A stretch of 52,565 nt of DNA, the filler included, from Sphacelaria rigidula (Eukaryota), in the NCBI GenBank assembly GCA_964200075.2. It is 2 parts of 2 records of this genome, joined end to end, with 100 filler letters (N's around TTAATTAATTAA, not from the genome) between each part and the next. Parts side by side here need not be neighbours in the genome. Positions count along the whole stretch, not along the records: positions 1 to 26,250 come from CAXNAA020000145.1; 1 more part is not named here. The stretch is one strand, 5' to 3'. The first letter of the stretch is position 1. Each line of letters opens with the position of its first letter. Below are positions 1 to 14,331 of this stretch, one piece after another. Position numbers and translations under genes: made by a program. A model generated the notes under the pieces. That model was not told the DNA's origin. It searched no databases and saw only the letters and a program-made list of their open reading frames with translations.

Positions 1-177
1 CCCCCGCCCCCGTTGGGGAGGGGGGGGGGGGAAGGGGTGAAACGACAAAAACAAGAAAAAAAAAAAGCCCCCCCCCCCCCCCCCCCCCCTCCATCGTAGC
101 ATCACGTCATGAGAATATGAGTAAAAGTGAATAATCCGAAAGTTGTGCGTTCATGTCCCCTATGGCTTATCCTGCAG

Positions 178-3100
178 ATGGTGAACAAGGGGAGGCGGGA
201 TGGGCACAACCGCGACCCTTCAATATCGAGCAGTATATGGCACGCAGATGATGCTCGGAACGGCCGTGACCATCACGCTGGTGGCGCTAACGGACAAGAA
301 GATTGGCCACCAAGTGTAGCAAGCTCTGCTGTTTCTAGTTGGTATCAGGGTCTGAGATCGGGGGTGTCACCAACCTCGAGCAGGTGGGGATGGCAGTTAC
401 GGCAAGCGTGTTACGGTATGCGTGTTACGGTCAAGGGTCGAGAGTTCACCCGGTAGAAGAGAATCTCATGCTCGAGAACACTGCGCAGTTTCTGATGAAC
501 ATCGTGAAGACGCTGAGGTTACCGACAGCCTAGTAATACCTGCAGAAAAAAAGGACTGATCATCACGTACACCACGGTAGAATATTCACGACGCGCTACA
601 CATGCGATCTATCAGGTGATGATAATGATCATAGTCGGAAGTTTCACTCGCAATACTTTACAAACCCACGCGTTGACTTGTTGCGGTCAATTCTCGTGTT
701 CGACTCACATACATTTACAGTGTAGGTCCCGCTATAGTGCGGTGGGTCGCCAACCGGCGTGATCGCACTCTACCGCAACCCGCGCTGTTGTATCGGTACA
801 TCGAGTGGTACACTCGCTAGTAACATCTTCGTAGGATGAAGATCGAGTTCTCTTTTTTTTTAAACATACTTTTTTTTCTATGACTTACAACTTAGGGGGT
901 CGAATAATCGGAAACGGCTGTCACCCCCCTGAAAAGCCCGTGACCTGACGGGAATTTTGGTGCAATAATATTTGAAATCGACGTAGTTCGTGCAGAGTTG
1001 TGAGGAAAACTGTGTTGAAAAAAGGAGAAGTTGTGCACACTTTCGGCCATATCTTGTGGAAGATGTCACCGGTTTCGAATCTGCGCCAGAATTTTCCTCA
1101 GACTACGGCATTTCAGGGGGGTGACGGCAGTCTTAGACGATTCAACTGTCTTGGTGTAAATCACGACAAAACTCCCCTTCCGAAAAAAAAGAACGTTGCT
1201 AATCTCAACGAACATGTTGTTGTGTGGTCGTCTACGGTCTCCCCGAGAACTTCGGTGTTGTCTGTAGTGACATCTGGGGTTGTTGCTCGATACTCGCGGT
1301 GATTTAATTCAATCCCTTCCAAGAAACACAATATTTATACAGTGAGGTGCGTTATATATATAGTGTTGCTACGTGCCAAGCTATCTCGACGACACTTTTG
1401 CGGCAACCTGCACAGCTATTGTATGTATACTTCCTATGTATGAAACAGTAAGCCCGCCGCGCCCTGGTACTCTAAATTAAAATGTTTCGTTTGATTCCTG
1501 CCAGATGCGTCGGAGCATTTCTTCGAAGTATCTGATTTCCACCGTTGAAAGCGAGGGTACATGAGTAGACGAGAAGACAAAATAAAGTTGACTGAGTTGG
1601 TTTGGGAGAGTTGGCGTGATGCGGGGTACTTTACCCCGTCAGCAAGACCAAATTGCAAGGCTTGAACCGGGGAGAGATGGGTTGAGATCCCTTGAGACCA
1701 CGGACGCGTCTCGAGGAAGGGGAGGGGTTCAAAGTGCGCCAAAAATAGCAATAGCTCGGTCCGTGCCAAGCGATTTCACCTGCTCTGTATGGGACACCCC
1801 ATGGTATGTAACATATGAAGAATGGCGAAATAATAATATATACCGCAGAAACTTTTGACAGCTTGCTCTTGCGGTATGTGTGTGTTATCGTCCCACTTAT
1901 TCTGGACGCCGGTCAGCACCTTTCGGTATATGTGGGCGAACCAGCCGGGGTCACACTGGAGGAAAGTCAACACAGGAGTTCTATTTTATTTTTTTATAAT
2001 TTTTTTAGTACTCCACCTTCCTTCTGCGGTGCTTGCCTTCCTTTTTTATCACGGGAGGGGTTCAGCAGTCCCTTTCTCTCGTCGACCGTTAAGTCGAATT
2101 GTGTGTACTCACGACAGAATCGCTCTCCACTGTTGGGCATCGTGTGAGAAAAAATCCCAGATCGCTCCGAGATTTGAACCCACGGCCCAACCGTCAGAAG
2201 GCTCCGAGGTTATCAACCGAGCCACCGGGGCGACCAGCTTAAAAGCTTATTCCCAAGCATTGTCCAATCGACAACATGTATCGTTTCAATTGATGGATGG
2301 ATGGATGGATGGATTGATTGTCGCATTTTAACTGACCCCCCAGGAGTCATGATCCAGTCGTGGTCATGATCCACATGATAGACATAACCAAGAAAAACAA
2401 AACTGAAACACTGGCTGAAGAAGAAGTTGATTTATATTGATATCTTTTATATATATTAAATAAATAAATAATTGAAGATGGTTTGAGGATAGTTGGTTGG
2501 AATTTATTTTTTGGACAAGGGAAAGACACTGCAGTCATTCCTAGGATATTCGTTCCCAAAGCACAACGGTCGGTCATTCCGCCACACGCAAAAAATCATA
2601 TATATTTAACTTTCTTTCGGTCCTGATGAGCAAATAATGCACCCCGCCCGATGTTACCGTACACGAATGCATCCCAACGGACAGGGGGAGGAGCAAGGGA
2701 AAGGGACCTTTCGCCGATAACTGGGACGACGGGAACAGTAACTTTGGCATGCCCTGGGATGGACAAGGGAGCAGCCGAGGAAGTTCGGTGTCGAGCCGGA
2801 GCAGCAGAAGCGCTTGGGTAATGAATGCTCTTTCATCGACTTTTATTTCGATGTGATGTGTTCTCCAACGTGCCCCCTGCAGCGCAGCATCAATAAGTTT
2901 CGTTTCTTGTTCCGAGTTCTGCTTTGCTCTCACCATGTGATGGAATGCGTGTGTTACTCTACTAGACTACTTTTGCTTATCATCTTCCATTTGTGCTTAA
3001 CGTATTTTTTTCTCAGCGATCATTTTGGCGTGGACCATTTATCCTTCACTCGTTTTCTTTTTTATTTTGAACCGTTTGCATGCCCATCCTTCATTCGTGG

Positions 3101-3943
3101 AACGTTTTGTTTCGAAAACAGTTTACTCGCCCGCTTCATTTTTTTTCTTTTTCTTCTGTTAACATATCCAAAGTTGCTTATTTGATTTAAATAGGGTACG
3201 TATTGTACCCGAAGATACCCTGGGTTTCCAAAATAATTCGAAGACCCAGTGATGCCGAGATAGTCCCCCCCCCCCCTTTCCCCACCACCAGTCCCGACAC
3301 TGTGACGAGGAAAATATTCATATAGTGTATTAATCCTCGGTTCTTCTGTACCATTCCCTACCGTGAGCTCCGTGAAAACGCCTCCACGCACCTTTGCCAC
3401 CCTTTTTGATATGCAAGATAATCAGTTCGCTTTGGTCCGGACAATCTTAGTAGGAGGTAGGTAGCTCACCCCTTCATGCGACTCGCCGAACACATCACGG
3501 CGCTTTGCGCTCGGTGATTCATTGCGAGCCTGGTCTGGCGAACATCCGGCGTGTTCCGTCCCGGCTTTTGTGGAGATGCGAGGTAAATGGTCGTGTGACT
3601 GCGAGATGCAAAATGATGAGCACTCCCTCTCTCCTTCTTGGAACGAATCGGTTATGTCAAGCAATGAACCCATCCCTGCCCTACGAAATTTCGCAACACA
3701 GGGTCGCGTTAACGGACAACGAGTGGGATATGATCGCGCGATAGTGGACTCCATGGCGGAAAGTGCTTCCGCATACGGAGGGTCAGTTAGCAGCAAAGAA
3801 AGCTCGATATCTCGATCTGAAGGCCGGGCTTCGGGAGCCCTATCTGCAGCTCGAGAGAGGAACGGCAATGACTCGCGGTCGGATATTTCCGGTAGATCGG
3901 GCAGGTACGGAGGATAATGTGATGAAAAACACTTTCCCCCCCC

Positions 3944-3987
<44 letters not shown>

Positions 3988-6900
3988 AAGCACTCATTAC
4001 GCTATTTTCTTCTGGAGTTCCAAAAAGCAGAACAAATGTAGAACTATACCACAAGAGAGTTATTTGGCAATTTTAACCAGTCAACCAATACATCGAGGTC
4101 GGTGTTGTGGTTATTGTCATTATTTTGGTGTCCGGGGTGGTGAATGAATGCACTACGTCGTACAGCGTCGGCGTCAGATATTTAAGGTAGTCAGCATCAA
4201 AATTATTCCGGGTTGTTTTGGGAATTTCTCGCCTACTAATATACACTTCGGTAGAACTCGAAAGTTCTGTTGTCGGTAGATTATGGTATAACAAACAGAT
4301 CGTCCGTAAAACACAGTGCCCAAGTTAGTGTTACTTGGTTTTATCGGGCGATACGAGTAGATACCCCGTTTATCAGGAGGGTGTTATGGACCGTGAAACA
4401 CAGTTTATGGGCTCTAGTGCAACGGCTAGGTAGAATTAAAAAAAATCCTTTGATTTTTTTCACAATTGCGATCGGGATAGTCTCGATCGATCAAGAATAA
4501 CGAAGAGTCAAAATCTGGGCTAAAAAGTGGCAGGACCCCCGATAACCGGTCAGCCCGGAAGTCACTCAATATTGATCACTGATGATTTTTTTTTTTCTTG
4601 GAATGTGAAGCGGATACGAGTATCTTCAGATCCCAAATGTGATGAACGGTGACAAGCGAAAGAGTGCGAGAAAACCGCCAATTACGAAGAAATTGCAAAA
4701 TAAATAGTTCAGACGCCAATTGCTATTTGTGCGAAACACAACCGATCTTTTTGTCACGTACAAAACCGGTTCCCCAGGTGGCTTAGTTGGTAACCTCGAA
4801 ATTTGTCAACGTTTGGGTCGTGGGTTCGAATCTCGGTGCAGTCAAACGATCTGGGATTTTTGTTCACACCATTTCCGACAGTGGTGAGCAACTGCGTCGT
4901 GGGTACACGAAATTGGACTTCGCGGTCGACGAGGGAAAGGGACTGCTGAATCCCTCTCGCGACAGAAAAGTAAGGCATACACCGCAGAAGGAAGATAGAG
5001 CACTGAAACAAAAGAAAAAAGAAAAAAATCCTGTGTTGGCCTTCCTCCTGTGCTGTGCTGCGCTGTACTATACTGTCTGCACAAGTAGCACAGTCCGGTG
5101 TCGTGTCGCGTGTTTCTTGCCCTCATTTGTTTTTCAGGGGGTGCGTCAAAGTTGAACTATCCATTCTTCTCAAGTCAAGCCGGCAAGAAACTAGAATGAA
5201 AAGTCCGAGATCTTGAAAAAGAAAAATGCGTATACGATATGGTTTTTTACATTGACACGGAAATAGCATGTAATTGGTTTTTTTATCGACGATGCGGCCG
5301 ACATGACATTTTTGAAACGGGCAATCCGAAAACAACCAGCAACCGATCTGAAAGAAACGTCGAACATGGAAGAAATACACACTCAGATCTCAACTGTACT
5401 GTACGGATCAGTCTCGCGCTGCTCCATGTTTTTGGTCGGTCTTTTGAACCCTTAGACCGCGAAGTTAGTCTTCTGTTGAATCGGCATCAATTTCAAGTGA
5501 AAAAAGTATGCATGATCCAGAAAGACTAATCTCGCGGTCTAAGGGTTAAGCCACATTTCGATAAATCAGCAGCCTCCTGGATAACAGTCGAGAACCAGGA
5601 TTCGGAATAATGCACGCGTAGCTGATTGGCCAAAGACTCGTTTTTTGTTTTTTGATACCGTGAACAGTAAAATAGCAGTCATGTCAAACCCTGTCCAGAC
5701 CGATTTCTTCCAAAGGAGATGAAAATCCCTCAGGCAGGTATCGCACAGACACGATTTGTTCAGCTCTCACTTCACGTTCTGCCTCAAATTGGCGTGTCGT
5801 GAGATCAGGATTCATATTAGCTTTCTACTGCACTGAGTGGACTGTCGTCTATAAACTCGGCCAAACTCAGACGATGAGTGACTTGTTGCGCCCATGAAAT
5901 GGTGCAAGGAAGGCAGAGTCAAGATAGTGCGGCATGCGGACGCAAGAATGTAGTAGGAACGAATCAAGTCTCGAGAGATACGCGGGAATGAAAACGAACC
6001 GACCGCGTTTGCTTGTTGGTCCGTTTGTTTGCAGGGGTGTGTTGGGTAGTAGGGTATTTCCCACGTCCGGGTATTTTGAAAACATCGTTCCCTAAGGCCG
6101 CTGCTTACTGCAGACAGAGAAAAAATCCCCGGGAAAAGTACCTTTTTGGAGCTTTGACGTCGTTCGACGCCCTGAAAGAGAGCTACGTAGGCGGATTTTG
6201 ACACCTTGGAATGCCTTGCTGTACTCGTTGAGACGGTTCCACAACATCTGTGCGTTTTTCCAGTGGCCGCAGTCTTTTTCTTGCCCAAACCTGTGCTTTT
6301 GTCGGAGACCGGTCATTTTTCTCGGAGACCGGTCAAGTCCAGATTTTTTTCAAAGAGCTATAATATAAACATGTACACAGTGGGCTCTCGCCGTCCCACG
6401 GCCGGCCGCACCCGGCGTAGCCGTATCCGCCCTCCTTTTCTGTTTCGGCGCCTCGTCCTGTTGTTGCCGACCCCGACCGTCGGCCAGTACCCTCCCCTTG
6501 CCCTTATGATTACTGGCCCGCTGCGCTAGGGTGAGAGTGTGCATGCGATCGTCCTGTCGTAGCGACGACCCTCCAGCGGATTGATTCATGGTTATCGGAG
6601 ATATTATTGTTCGCGCGTTCCCCCAGGCGGCTGCATGATACCCCCGTAAAACGCAAGTTTGGGCAAGAGAAAAACTGCGGCCACCGCAAAAACGCACAGG
6701 TTTGCTGGAACCGTCTCAACGAGTACAGCAAGGCATTCCAAGGTGTCGAAATCCACCCAATGTAGCTCTCTCTCTTAGGACGTAAAACGACGTAAAAACT
6801 CCTAAAACAAAGACCCTTTTTTCGAGATTTTATTTCTTCTCTGCCACAAGCAGCGGCCTAACTGCCCAAACATTTCGGTTGAGTACGAGAGATTTTTCTC

Positions 6901-9900
6901 AACGATACCCAAATATATACTGAGTACAGTAAATGCGATGGTCCGATCTCCCATCGCAATTCAATTTTTTGAGAGAGTTAGCGGGCGGGTATGTACCCTA
7001 CCCAATATACCCTTATTTGTTTGTTTTGGTCGGTTGGTCGATCGGTCGGTCGACGACCACGGGGCGTTTTAGTAACTGTACGACAAAAGCTTCAATAGGC
7101 CTATACTTGACCCAGTACATTTTGTTCGTTGCATCTAATGACCACACATTGTCATCATCCAGGGTGTGAACTCTTTTACCAAAAGGGTTCTTTACGTACC
7201 CCTGAGAACTTCGTCATCGTATTTTGAAAGTGTTTCGTCTCGCCACCCCCCTCTTGGAAACGAGTTACCGTACGTATGACAGCTGATTAATGTATTAACC
7301 ACACATGCGGTGCAAGCCGGATCTCCTGTATGCGAATCGTTTTTCTCCATGCATGGTGGTCTTTCTTACCTTGATAATTGAAAATGGTAATGGTAATCCA
7401 AGGTCATACAGGGCTTTTCAGGGTTTGTTCACTCGTTTCAGACTGGATGAGGCGCTTCATATGGGCGATACTGGCGGCAACAATCTCAAGCGTGCGAGTT
7501 CCCAGGTGCTTGGTGTGCTTGGCTCTCGTGATTTTGCTTCACATGTGGATTTCGCCTCCTCACAATCAGCCACTTTTGTTAGGGGAGCTTTGGCGGCATG
7601 ACTCGCGAGCTTCGGCCGTTTTGATTCACATGTAGATCTCGCCTTCTCAAACCAGACTCTTTTCTTCGGGGGGGGGGTGGGGGGGAGCGTACTGATGATC
7701 ATGCATGCCATAATCATCTGATCGTTGATTGACCTCGCATCCCTACAAAGCCGGGACGGAGCACGCCGGGTTTTCGCCGGACCAGGCTCGCTCTCAATTA
7801 CCAAGCGCAAAGCGCCATGATGTGTTCGGCGAGTCGCATGCAGGGTGAGCTGCATCCTCGCCCGAAGCCTACTGGTGATCCTGCATTTGGATGACAGCCT
7901 ACGATGAGTTGGTTGCTTCAGTTTCTGGTATCTCCACTTCCAGAGACAACCACAGCTTATACACTTCCTCATGGGTGTCTCACCATGCTATCGCGGCACC
8001 ACCCGCGAGTACGTGCAAGCTACTCGGGACGCAATCACATCTACCGCTGATCGGCGGTGTGGGTGTCCCCATCGGGTATTCGGTGGTCCCAAGGACCCCG
8101 GCGCGCCTGCGTTCATCACCACTTTTCATTTTCATTTTTTTTTTTCTTCTTGCCATCAGATTGACGACGGCAGACCAAGCTGGAACTAAGCGCGAACGCG
8201 AATCGGATCGGAGGCGCCAGGACGGCCGCGACGAACGAAGCAGGGAGAAGCAGCGAGGCACGGCGACGAAGCAGCCGCAGCAGTTGCTACCCGCATTTAG
8301 AACTCTCGCCGCCGAAAGCAACGGTGGTGACAAGAGCAAGCTGACGTCCCTGAACCTCGAGCAGGTGAGCTTTGGGTCTGATCGGTGGGCAGTCATATAC
8401 AGTCAGGGAGTATTGCACGGTTCGGACGGATCATCGCCGGTTGAAATCACCAAATCCACGATTTTTCAGGCCTGGTTGCTCGAAATAGGGAAAAAAAGTC
8501 GACCGGTGGTCAAGAAGATTCCCACGCAACTTTTGCGCCATTCCGCGTGCCTGGGCTGGGCGCACCTGGGTTGCAACGCTGAAAACAAAGCCCAAGGATG
8601 GATTAGTCGGTACGAATCAATCGCACTAAAATCAAGTAATTCACACACGCATCATTTTTTCGTCCGACCCGTGAAGCATTGTACACTTGTCACTTGCTAC
8701 AATAGACATCACCCCCCCCAAAAAAAAGAAAAAGAAAAAGAAAAAAAAGTGCCTGGTTTCGGGAGGCAAAATCTTCACGTAAATTGAAGTGGAAAAGGCC
8801 GAGCACAACGAGCAGTTGGGAATTTCCACGCTCGGGTTCGTTCTCGCTAGTGTCGCCCATATGAGGCGCTTCGTGTCGCCTGAACCCAAACAGCAGGCGC
8901 TGTATTGGGCTGGTTTTGCGGGGGAGCTATCGTAGAAAGTGCCATTTCATGAAAGTATGTGCAAAATTCAAGGAAACGCGGTACTTTTGACTCTGTCGGA
9001 GAAATCGATAATCCGACCGAAAGTTTTGACCCTGTTGTAGAAATTGATAGTCCGAGCAAAAGTTCTGACCCTGTTGCAGAAATTGATGGCACGGGCGAAA
9101 GGTTTGACTCTGTTGGAGAAGTTGATGGTCCGGCCGAAACTTTTGACTCTGATGGAGAAATCGATAATCCGGCCTGAGACGTAAAGCTGGATTGCATGAA
9201 AGATCCGAAGAGAGTGCTAGAATCCTCTGGAAGCGTGTAGTATAATAGCATATCTTTTCCGAGGAGGCGCAACTCGGCAAGGCCTGTAAAGCGGCAAAAA
9301 TTCGTGTGGTGAATCGCCTGAAAGGGCATTACAGTATGTCTTGGCGACATTTATTTCCGTCGTGCGAGGAGAAGCGGTCCCAGGTGTTCCCGATTTTTGC
9401 ATGTGTTTCGTGTGAGGATAAAATATAGAGTTGTGAACTGTTTTTTGGCTCATCGGTTACCTGTTTGCAAAAAATTACAACCAGTTACAGTTGTCAGTTA
9501 AAAGTGAATACCTGGCGGCGAAGCCGCCCTGTGACTCCGCCAGCGTTTCCTGGAAAGGCATCGCGGCGGAGTCGCGTAAACGCCCCCCCACCCCGGTTGG
9601 TGAGGGGGCCCCCGCGGAGGCGCCGCCGGAGGCAAAAAAATTACGCCATTTGGCTTCACACTCTTCAAAGTTGCGGTAATTTGTAGTCGCCTAGCGCCAG
9701 CAATCCGAGCAGGTAATGAATGCACAAAAATATATATGTATGAGGAAGGAAGAAATACTTCCTCTGTGCCATAAGTAAAGGTCCTTATGGGCGTTGAATC
9801 GTTTGGATATTTCAACGTCGACGATCATCCTATGGTTCGGTTCGTTAGAGAGGCAAGGCGCTGACGAACCTGACGAAGAAAACCCCCCGAAAAAAAACAC

Positions 9901-12900
9901 TTGTTTCGATCTCTGAAGTTATGTCGAATTATACCCCATTTTGATCCTTTTTGATCAATTTATACCCCCATCATTGACCGGTTTTGGACGTTTTCACGTC
10001 GAGCACTATCAGTTACATGCTAACAAAATGTTTGATGGGGCGTGCGTAGGCACGGAAAAGTCCGAAATTAATGGCGGTTTCGCGATTTTCACTTCATCTG
10101 GCCCATTTTTCGTGATTTTCCGTGTTCCCGGGTCTCTCATGCTTTCCTGAGAAAACGAGCGGAAAATGGCCGTTTTTGGACTGACCTATTTTTTCTCGAC
10201 CGCGCGGCTGCATCGGTCAAGCACCCACGTTGTAGAAATGATGTTGGTTTTAGCTAAAAAAACGCCGACGAATGCATTAAAAAGGTCGAAATTCAAATAT
10301 CACACCGTTAAGGGCCCGTGCAATCATAAGGACCTTTATTTATGGCACAGAGGAAGTATCACTGAACTTTGGGACATGAATCCAAAAACGAAGCGGTGAG
10401 ACAGTAGTGCAGCATACATAGCGTGCCGCGTGTATCACCCAAGCGCCAGGAACTACTAATATAGTAGCACAGCAACTCGGTAACGTTTTTGAGTATGACT
10501 TCATCACACCTTGGACAATATACGGTGAATGGTTGCAATAGACAAGAAACGTACCGCATAAAGTATAGGCCTATTGCGGCTATTGTCGGCCGGCAATAGT
10601 TGCAATAGGCCTTTACTTTATGCAGTACACATCTCGTCTATTGAATCTATTGACCATATATTGTCCAGGGTGTGGACTTCATCAGCCAGGAAAAAGAATA
10701 GAAATCTCGACTCGCTTCGGTATCACGTTCACCAGCCATCACTGAATGCCTAACACACAACAACGCTATGAAACGCAGTTTTTCTCCAGATTTCAGATCC
10801 GCTTAACCAACAACTATCCGTGCCCAGTCTCCCTCTGAATATTTTTTCAATATCTTGTCTGCGATATTCGTGTCTACGACTATGTGTGTGCGCTGTGCGG
10901 TCATGTACTCGCCCCTGTAACAGCGTCTCCACGGTCATTGTAGTACGCCAATACTTCAGAGATATTCACTTGAGTACGACACGCGTGTACACACAACACT
11001 TGGGAGTATGACACATATGTCAGGTGGAATACTTGGTTCAACTGGTTACTAAACCGATCAGTTAAACGGGCAGCCAGTTCACAACTCTAGCAAAAGAATG
11101 TTTGAAAGTTGTGTTTTGGTAAGATAACCTCGCTGACACCCAAGTTGAGCTGAGTACAAGTAACTTGTTTCCAAAACTGGCTTTAACCCTTAGACCGCGA
11201 GGGTAGTCCATATCTGGACCATGCATATTTGCTTTCAAATGAAATTGATGCCGATCCAACAGATGACCCACTCTCGCCGTCTAGGGGTTAGATCCTTTGA
11301 CCGTCAGCCCGGGGCGTCTGTTGAATATGGCACCAAACTTTCATGGAAAATTAATTAATGACCCAGGTGCCCTTACCCTCACGATGAAGGGGTTAGTCAC
11401 CACACATACAAACAGCCGTGAATCGGGAAGGAAACACAATATTTTGGTGGAACGTTGTTCGCGACGTACCCGGGATAGGATCAGGCTCGTCTGAACGATC
11501 CAAGGGCAACTTGAGATATGTTTCTGCGCATACCCCGACACACGTCTTCATTCCTGATCCCATCAAGCAGTACCAGAGTAGCGCAGAAATTATATACGCA
11601 TCCGGGTGCACGGAATTTTCGGGGTCCTAAATTTTGATATATCTACCCTGATATGTCCGGGATATATATCGCCGAGGATTGCGCGATATTTCTATTCCAT
11701 CTTGAATCTCACATCCCGCGAAATATCGTGTATATCTCACGATGAATCGGGCAACACGTGAGATCGCACGATATGCCCCGCGATACATCGTGCATATTTA
11801 CATGTACCATACGGTATATCGCGAAATGGGAGGGGTCCGTTTGTGTACCTCCAGGTGTGAAAAACCATGTTAGTTCTGGATTATTGACATTCAGTGGAAG
11901 TCTGGAGGCGAATATCCCGAAATCGTATCCGATATCGTGCGACATCACGCGATACGTTTTTTTTCCAGCAGATATGGGCTATCGTAACTCGTCTATTTTG
12001 TTTTGTCTTGACACGTACCACTATTAATGATGGAAATGTCCATACACACTCTTGGATCATGACGAAAAGCAGGTTTTCATGCCGTGTCTGTGGTGCAGTT
12101 ACGCATGTGTGTTCATGGTTTGCATCACGCACATCACCCCTCCCCCAACTCTCTGTCTCTCTATGTGAATATAAATCCAGTGTGTGCATGTACGAAGTGT
12201 GTAATACGACCTTATCTCGATCCGATTCCGAATCCTCCATGAACACGTTACTGATGCAGGTGGCTCTCAATACTCGCAGCAACAGGTCGGAAGGGTCGAG
12301 TAAGATATCTGGGGACATCAGCAGCTCCCGGTCGGACAGGCGCAGACGAGTCGCGCAGGAGCTGCTGAACGATCCGGTTATGTCCAAAATGCCTGAGGTT
12401 CGTTTCATGGGTTGCGCCTTCTGGTTGTTCCAGATAGTACAGGGTAGCTCACCGAGATTGTTTTTTTCCAAATCGAAAAAGGGGGGAGAAAATGACGGGA
12501 TTGCAAATCTCTACAAGTTGACCAAGAACCAAGAAGTATGAGAGAGAAGAGACCAGTCAAGCTCATGAACACATTGTATTATCGCCGTTTGGTAACACCT
12601 GTAACGCGGTTGTTGCTGGACCGCCACACGACGGCCTCTTGACCCACACATGTTCACCCTATCCCTTCACTTCCTTCCCTCCCCGTCATGATGGTGATCG
12701 AGCTTGATTATGTTGTGCGGGGTGGGAGAACTTCGATTCCGCGCAAAGGGGATGATCGCACCACGTAGTGTTCATTTGGTGAGACACCTTTGAGACGGTG
12801 TGTAACCCGTGACTGTCTGTGGAAGTGGCGTTACCAGAAGCATCACCACTTCCAGGGTTTTCGCTGCACCAGGCTCACAATCAATTACCAAGCGCGAAGC

Positions 12901-14270
12901 GCCGTCATGTGTTCGGCGAGTCGCATGAAGGATGAGCTGCGTCCTGCTAAGATTGCCCGGCCCGAAGCGTGCCGATTGCATTTGGATGACAGCCTTCAAT
13001 GAATTGCTTCATTTTCTGGTATGATCAGTTCCAGCGAGAGCCAAGGCTTCCACACAGCCTCATGGGTGCCCCGCTATGGGAGGACGGGGGGGAAGGGGGT
13101 GATGCATAGTCTGCAGTTGAAATTTATAGCACCCCTTGCCCAATGGGCTGTGCCATAAATGGGAATGGAAGGAAATATATGAAATGAGACCCATATAAAT
13201 CTGAAGCGGAAGTAGCGAAGAACGTGTATAGAGTATTCGAAGCAGGAGGTGAATGTATGAATGGAATGTGTATGTATGAAACGGAACCTATGTATGCGTG
13301 AAGCGGAACGTAGGTACGTGTGAAACGGAACGTACATCTGAAACGGGACATGCACCACACAACGACGGGTCTCGTGGTAACGTGGGAGGAGCAGTATGTT
13401 TGCAAAGCAGAACGTGCATCTGAAGCGGAAATATACGCATGAAAGAAACGGACTTTCATGACGCCAAACGAAAGTCGTGCACATTGGTGTGAAACAGATG
13501 ACAGCGCATTCGATCGACAAGAAACAATATACGTCTGATCGAGAGCAAACAAAACATACCTGTAGAGGAGACATCGGTCGAAACATGCGGTAGATGAGAT
13601 GCATACGGATCAATCGAGCCGGCGGGTCATGGTTTCAGTCCAAGCGGAACGTTCACACCCCCCTCCTTGTATCTCTCTCTCTCTCTCTCTCTCTGTCGTT
13701 GACTCTATTTCACACTCATGTGTAGTTGTCGGACTTGCTAAGGACGGAGGAAAGGGTGATATCGCCGTTGGTCACCATTCTGGGAAGGGATGAGGCCTCC
13801 CGAGGAGCTTTGCTGGTCAACATCCAACGGCTCGTGCGTCGATCAAAAGAGATGGCTAAGCTGACGGTAGGTTGTGTACTGTGTTGTGTTGTGCTGTGCT
13901 GCACAGGCCGCTGCAGATTTCCCCCCACACGTTTCTGGTGGCAGCATTCATAACCCTCGCATACGGATATTCATGATCCTCACATGCGGATATTTGTGGC
14001 ACTCGCATAAGGACATTCGTGACACTCGCATACGGATCTATATAGGAGTCACAGCCCCAAGCGTGTACGCAGTTGTGAGCGGAAATTATGCAGACTTCGG
14101 CCCTCCCTTCCCTTCTCATCACTTTTTCAATTTGTCATGGTCCCACGGTGAAGCGTTTTCGGAGTTCTTACTCTTCAAATGAGGAGGACCCTCACGAAAG
14201 AACCAACGTGCAAAGTGGGACACTGACTGGCCTATATATGTGCAGGTCAAAAGCGATAGTTGATTGACTA

Positions 14271-14331
<61 letters not shown>

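Noticed and set aside
1860..2240. AGCTT as a target-site duplication of the SINE copy
   Set aside because: AAGC is shared by the 3' ends of other copies, so it is probably part of the element and the match may be chance.
466..12420. Alternative minus-strand gene from ORFs 3422-4054, 2574-2936 and 11881-12471 (shared LDITxSF motif)
   Set aside because: These are antisense shadows of plus-strand exons; the plus chain is phase-consistent over 20 exons while the minus chain could not be closed.
13195..14040. CRISPR-like arrays (motif arrays and 23-bp repeat)
   Set aside because: Repeats are short, degenerate or directly tandem without unique constant-length spacers; no cas genes; eukaryotic intron context.
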